A stretch of 63,586 nt of DNA, filler included, from Octopus bimaculoides (Eukaryota), in NCBI RefSeq assembly GCF_001194135.2. It is 4 parts of 4 records of this genome, joined end to end, with 100 filler letters (N's around TTAATTAATTAA, not from the genome) between each part and the next. Parts side by side here need not be neighbours in the genome. Positions count along the whole stretch, not along the records: positions 37,475 to 62,295 come from NC_068996.1; positions 62,396 to 63,586 come from NW_026414435.1; 2 more parts are not named here. One strand, given 5' to 3'. Position 1 is the first letter of the stretch. Every line of letters begins with the position of its first letter. Shown in pieces: positions 60,816-63,586 of the stretch. The notes beneath the pieces are model-generated. The model made no database searches, was not told where the DNA came from, and worked only from the letters and a program-made list of their open reading frames with translations. A program made the translations under genes and the position numbers.

Positions 60816-61384
60816 CAGTATATATACATATATATATATATATATATCATCATTCTTCAAGGTTACGTAACTTATCATGGGTACTGTCTTTGTTTCTATC
60901 TTAAAGATAAATGATAAAGAAAAGAATACAATTCTTGAGAAGTTCAAAGCTTGATAGAAAGCTTGCATTCTTTTCAGATGCAAATCTTTTAATATCATTC
61001 ACATCATTAGGTTCCATTCAACAAACAACCACTTAAATTTGAAAAATATACATTCTGCTTTGTGGGGTTTTGTCTGTGATTATAGACAGAAGGAAAAAGA
61101 AATGTCTAATTTCTTTTTTCAGTTAACAAATTAAAATTTAAAATGATAATTATAATTTTTTGTATGTTTGAAAATTAAACCAAGCTAAACTAAGAATTGC
61201 TACAAGTGTGATCTGGCCTTCACTGGTTCTGTTTGATGTCCCTGGTGCAGAGGGTTTCTTAATGTGAACCATGTGGATGTGTGATTGGATGTATGTATGT
61301 TAATGCATTCATGTAGTGTGTCTTAGATGGGTGTATATGTGACATTGTAATGCATGTGTGTGTGTGTGTGTACGTTACATTCTT

Positions 61385-61497
61385 TTCTACCCTAGATACA
61401 AAGCCCGAAATCTTTGGGCAGGGGGCCAGCCAATTAGATCGACCCCAGTGCTGATGAAAGGCAAAGCTGACCTCGGCAGAATTTGAACTCAGAATGT
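61385..61497 (-). mobile_element. SINE family B with internal deletion
   Basis: GATCGACCCCAG...GATGAAAGGCAAAGCTGACCTCGGCAGAATTTGAACTCAGAA. Confidence 0.72.
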
Positions 61498-61538
61498 TGT
61501 TTGTGTGTGATATTGCAATATCTATGTGAGCATATGTA

Positions 61539-61583
<45 letters not shown>

Positions 61584-62295
61584 TATTGAGAAGTAAATAA
61601 TTCTGTTTCAAATGACAACAAAACAGTTTTTCAAAGAAACAGTTCTGCTCAGTTTTGTTGCTTAGTCCTAAGTCAGCCCAGATCCAGCAAACCAATAATC
61701 AAAGACACTCTAGTCATGACTGTCCCATCTCATTATTATTATTATGGTACCCTTTCCTTAAGACAAAAGTGCATGAATTAGGGGAGACTTGGTTGCTATG
61801 TCTAGCACATTGAGCGACCACAAAAAAGATTCTCATGATTCAACTCAGCTCATACAACTCTGATGTGATAAGAGGGTGCATAATTTTTTATAAGGGTTAG
61901 GATTAGAAAATAAACTGTGTTAACGGTAAAACTGGTTGTAAAGGGGTGGGGAACTGAGAGTTATTTTTAGTTGAGATGGAATGTAGTTGTCAAGAATTGA
62001 AAAATGGTATTTGGCATCGGTGGTACTTGTAGACATTATGAAGGGGTTATTGGATATCATTTTTAGAAGCCGCAGATAGTCATTAGCTCTGCTAGAAATA
62101 GCAGCCAAATCTTCCTCAAAGCTACTACCTTATTCTTTCATCTTTGAAAAATAACATATCAGATAATGGTTAATTATGGTAACTTTGTCTCAAAGAAGAG
62201 AGAGAGAGAAGAAAAAAACTGGTTGGTCAAGGGTTAGGTGCCTTTCACCCATGTCTGGACAATTGTTGGAAGATTTCAGAGTAAAGAAGAAGAAG

Positions 62296-62395
62296 NNNNN
62301 NNNNNNNNNNNNNNNNNNNNNNNNNNNNNNNNNNNNNNNTTAATTAATTAANNNNNNNNNNNNNNNNNNNNNNNNNNNNNNNNNNNNNNNNNNNN
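62296..62395. other. Assembly linker N44-TTAATTAATTAA-N44
   Basis: Same as 14030-14129. Confidence 0.9.
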
Positions 62396-62869
62396 ATGGA
62401 CCCTACATGTATCTTCATTTCTTGGGCTAGTTGCTGAATAGTTATACAGTGATCCTCCAAAATGGTGGCTGCCACTTCATGGATGGTGTCGTGATCAATG
62501 GTGGAATGTGGTCGTCAAGGAATAGGAGCAGTTTCCACCAATGTCTGACCACATTTGAACTGGCAATGCTGGTGCTTGACTACATCGTATGATGGTGCAT
62601 CGTCACCACAAACTTCTTTCATCTCATCAAAAGTCTCTTTTGGTGTGCGACCTTCCAAGTATAAAGAACCTGATCCCTGATCTGCATTCAACTGCCTCCA
62701 TTATAACAGCTTAGTCCACTTCAGCAGCCATAAAAGGCAAACAAATACTAGTGGAAAGCTGCAATTTACAATGTCACATGTAAAGACATGTGTGATTATA
62801 CCTGTACAAGTTCCGTTTCCTGCAATAACCATAAGTGAATCAGGGGAAACCTTTAATGAATACCCCCTG
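62396..62869 (-). mobile_element. 5' end of a decayed mariner-family transposon (TIR plus HTH region), cut by the linker
   Basis: End reads TA-CAGGGGGTATTCATTAAAGGTTTCC on minus; frameshifted MEAVECRSGIRF...RTPKETFDEMKEVCGDDAPSYDVVKH from ATG at 62701. Confidence 0.8.
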
Positions 62870-63021
62870 TAAAGCCAAAAACAATAAAAAAAATAATAAT
62901 AAAAAGGTAAGTCGATTTTAGGGGGTTTACAACACTTGTGGTTGTTTTTGTTTTTTATTGTGGTTTGTAGGGAGGGGGAAGACAATAATAATAATAATAA
63001 TAATAATAATGATAATAATGG

Positions 63022-63056
<35 letters not shown>

Positions 63057-63129
63057 GTTTTTCATAGTAAGATTTAAAAAATTGTATTAAAATCAAGTAC
63101 AAATATACACATCTTGTACAAACGTTCAG

Positions 63130-63586
<457 letters not shown>

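Overview
AT-rich, microsatellite- and transposon-dense animal DNA from a gapped draft assembly. The SINE/LINE repertoire looks like Octopus (inference). There are about 13 plain N-gaps and three 100-bp scaffolding linkers (N44-TTAATTAATTAA-N44). I can support only one host coding exon: the first coding exon of a choline/ethanolamine phosphotransferase (CEPT1/CHPT1 family, 18501-18737, +). I found no second exon, so the remaining ~45 kb is probably one large intron, if the scaffold joins are right. The rest is mobile DNA: a near-complete decayed DD34D mariner with TIRs, a deleted maT/DD37D-type element, a second mariner 5' end, a Merlin (IS1595/ISXO2-like) fragment, a Penelope-like RT fragment, RTE and CR1/Jockey-like LINE fragments, a hAT-like MITE, and many tRNA-derived SINEs (two with clear TSDs). 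The most interesting signal is three different minimal type I hammerhead ribozyme motifs of the kind carried by Penelope-like elements. One has a canonical core (52918-52960, +). One has a G3-C8 compensatory core swap and overlaps a perfect 26-bp palindrome (16219-16269, -). One has an A6U core change (43082-43118, +). Two of the three lie sense to the putative CEPT1 intron. All alignments and folds were done by eye; SINE/LINE boundaries are approximate and most long ORF-track entries are gap or microsatellite artefacts.
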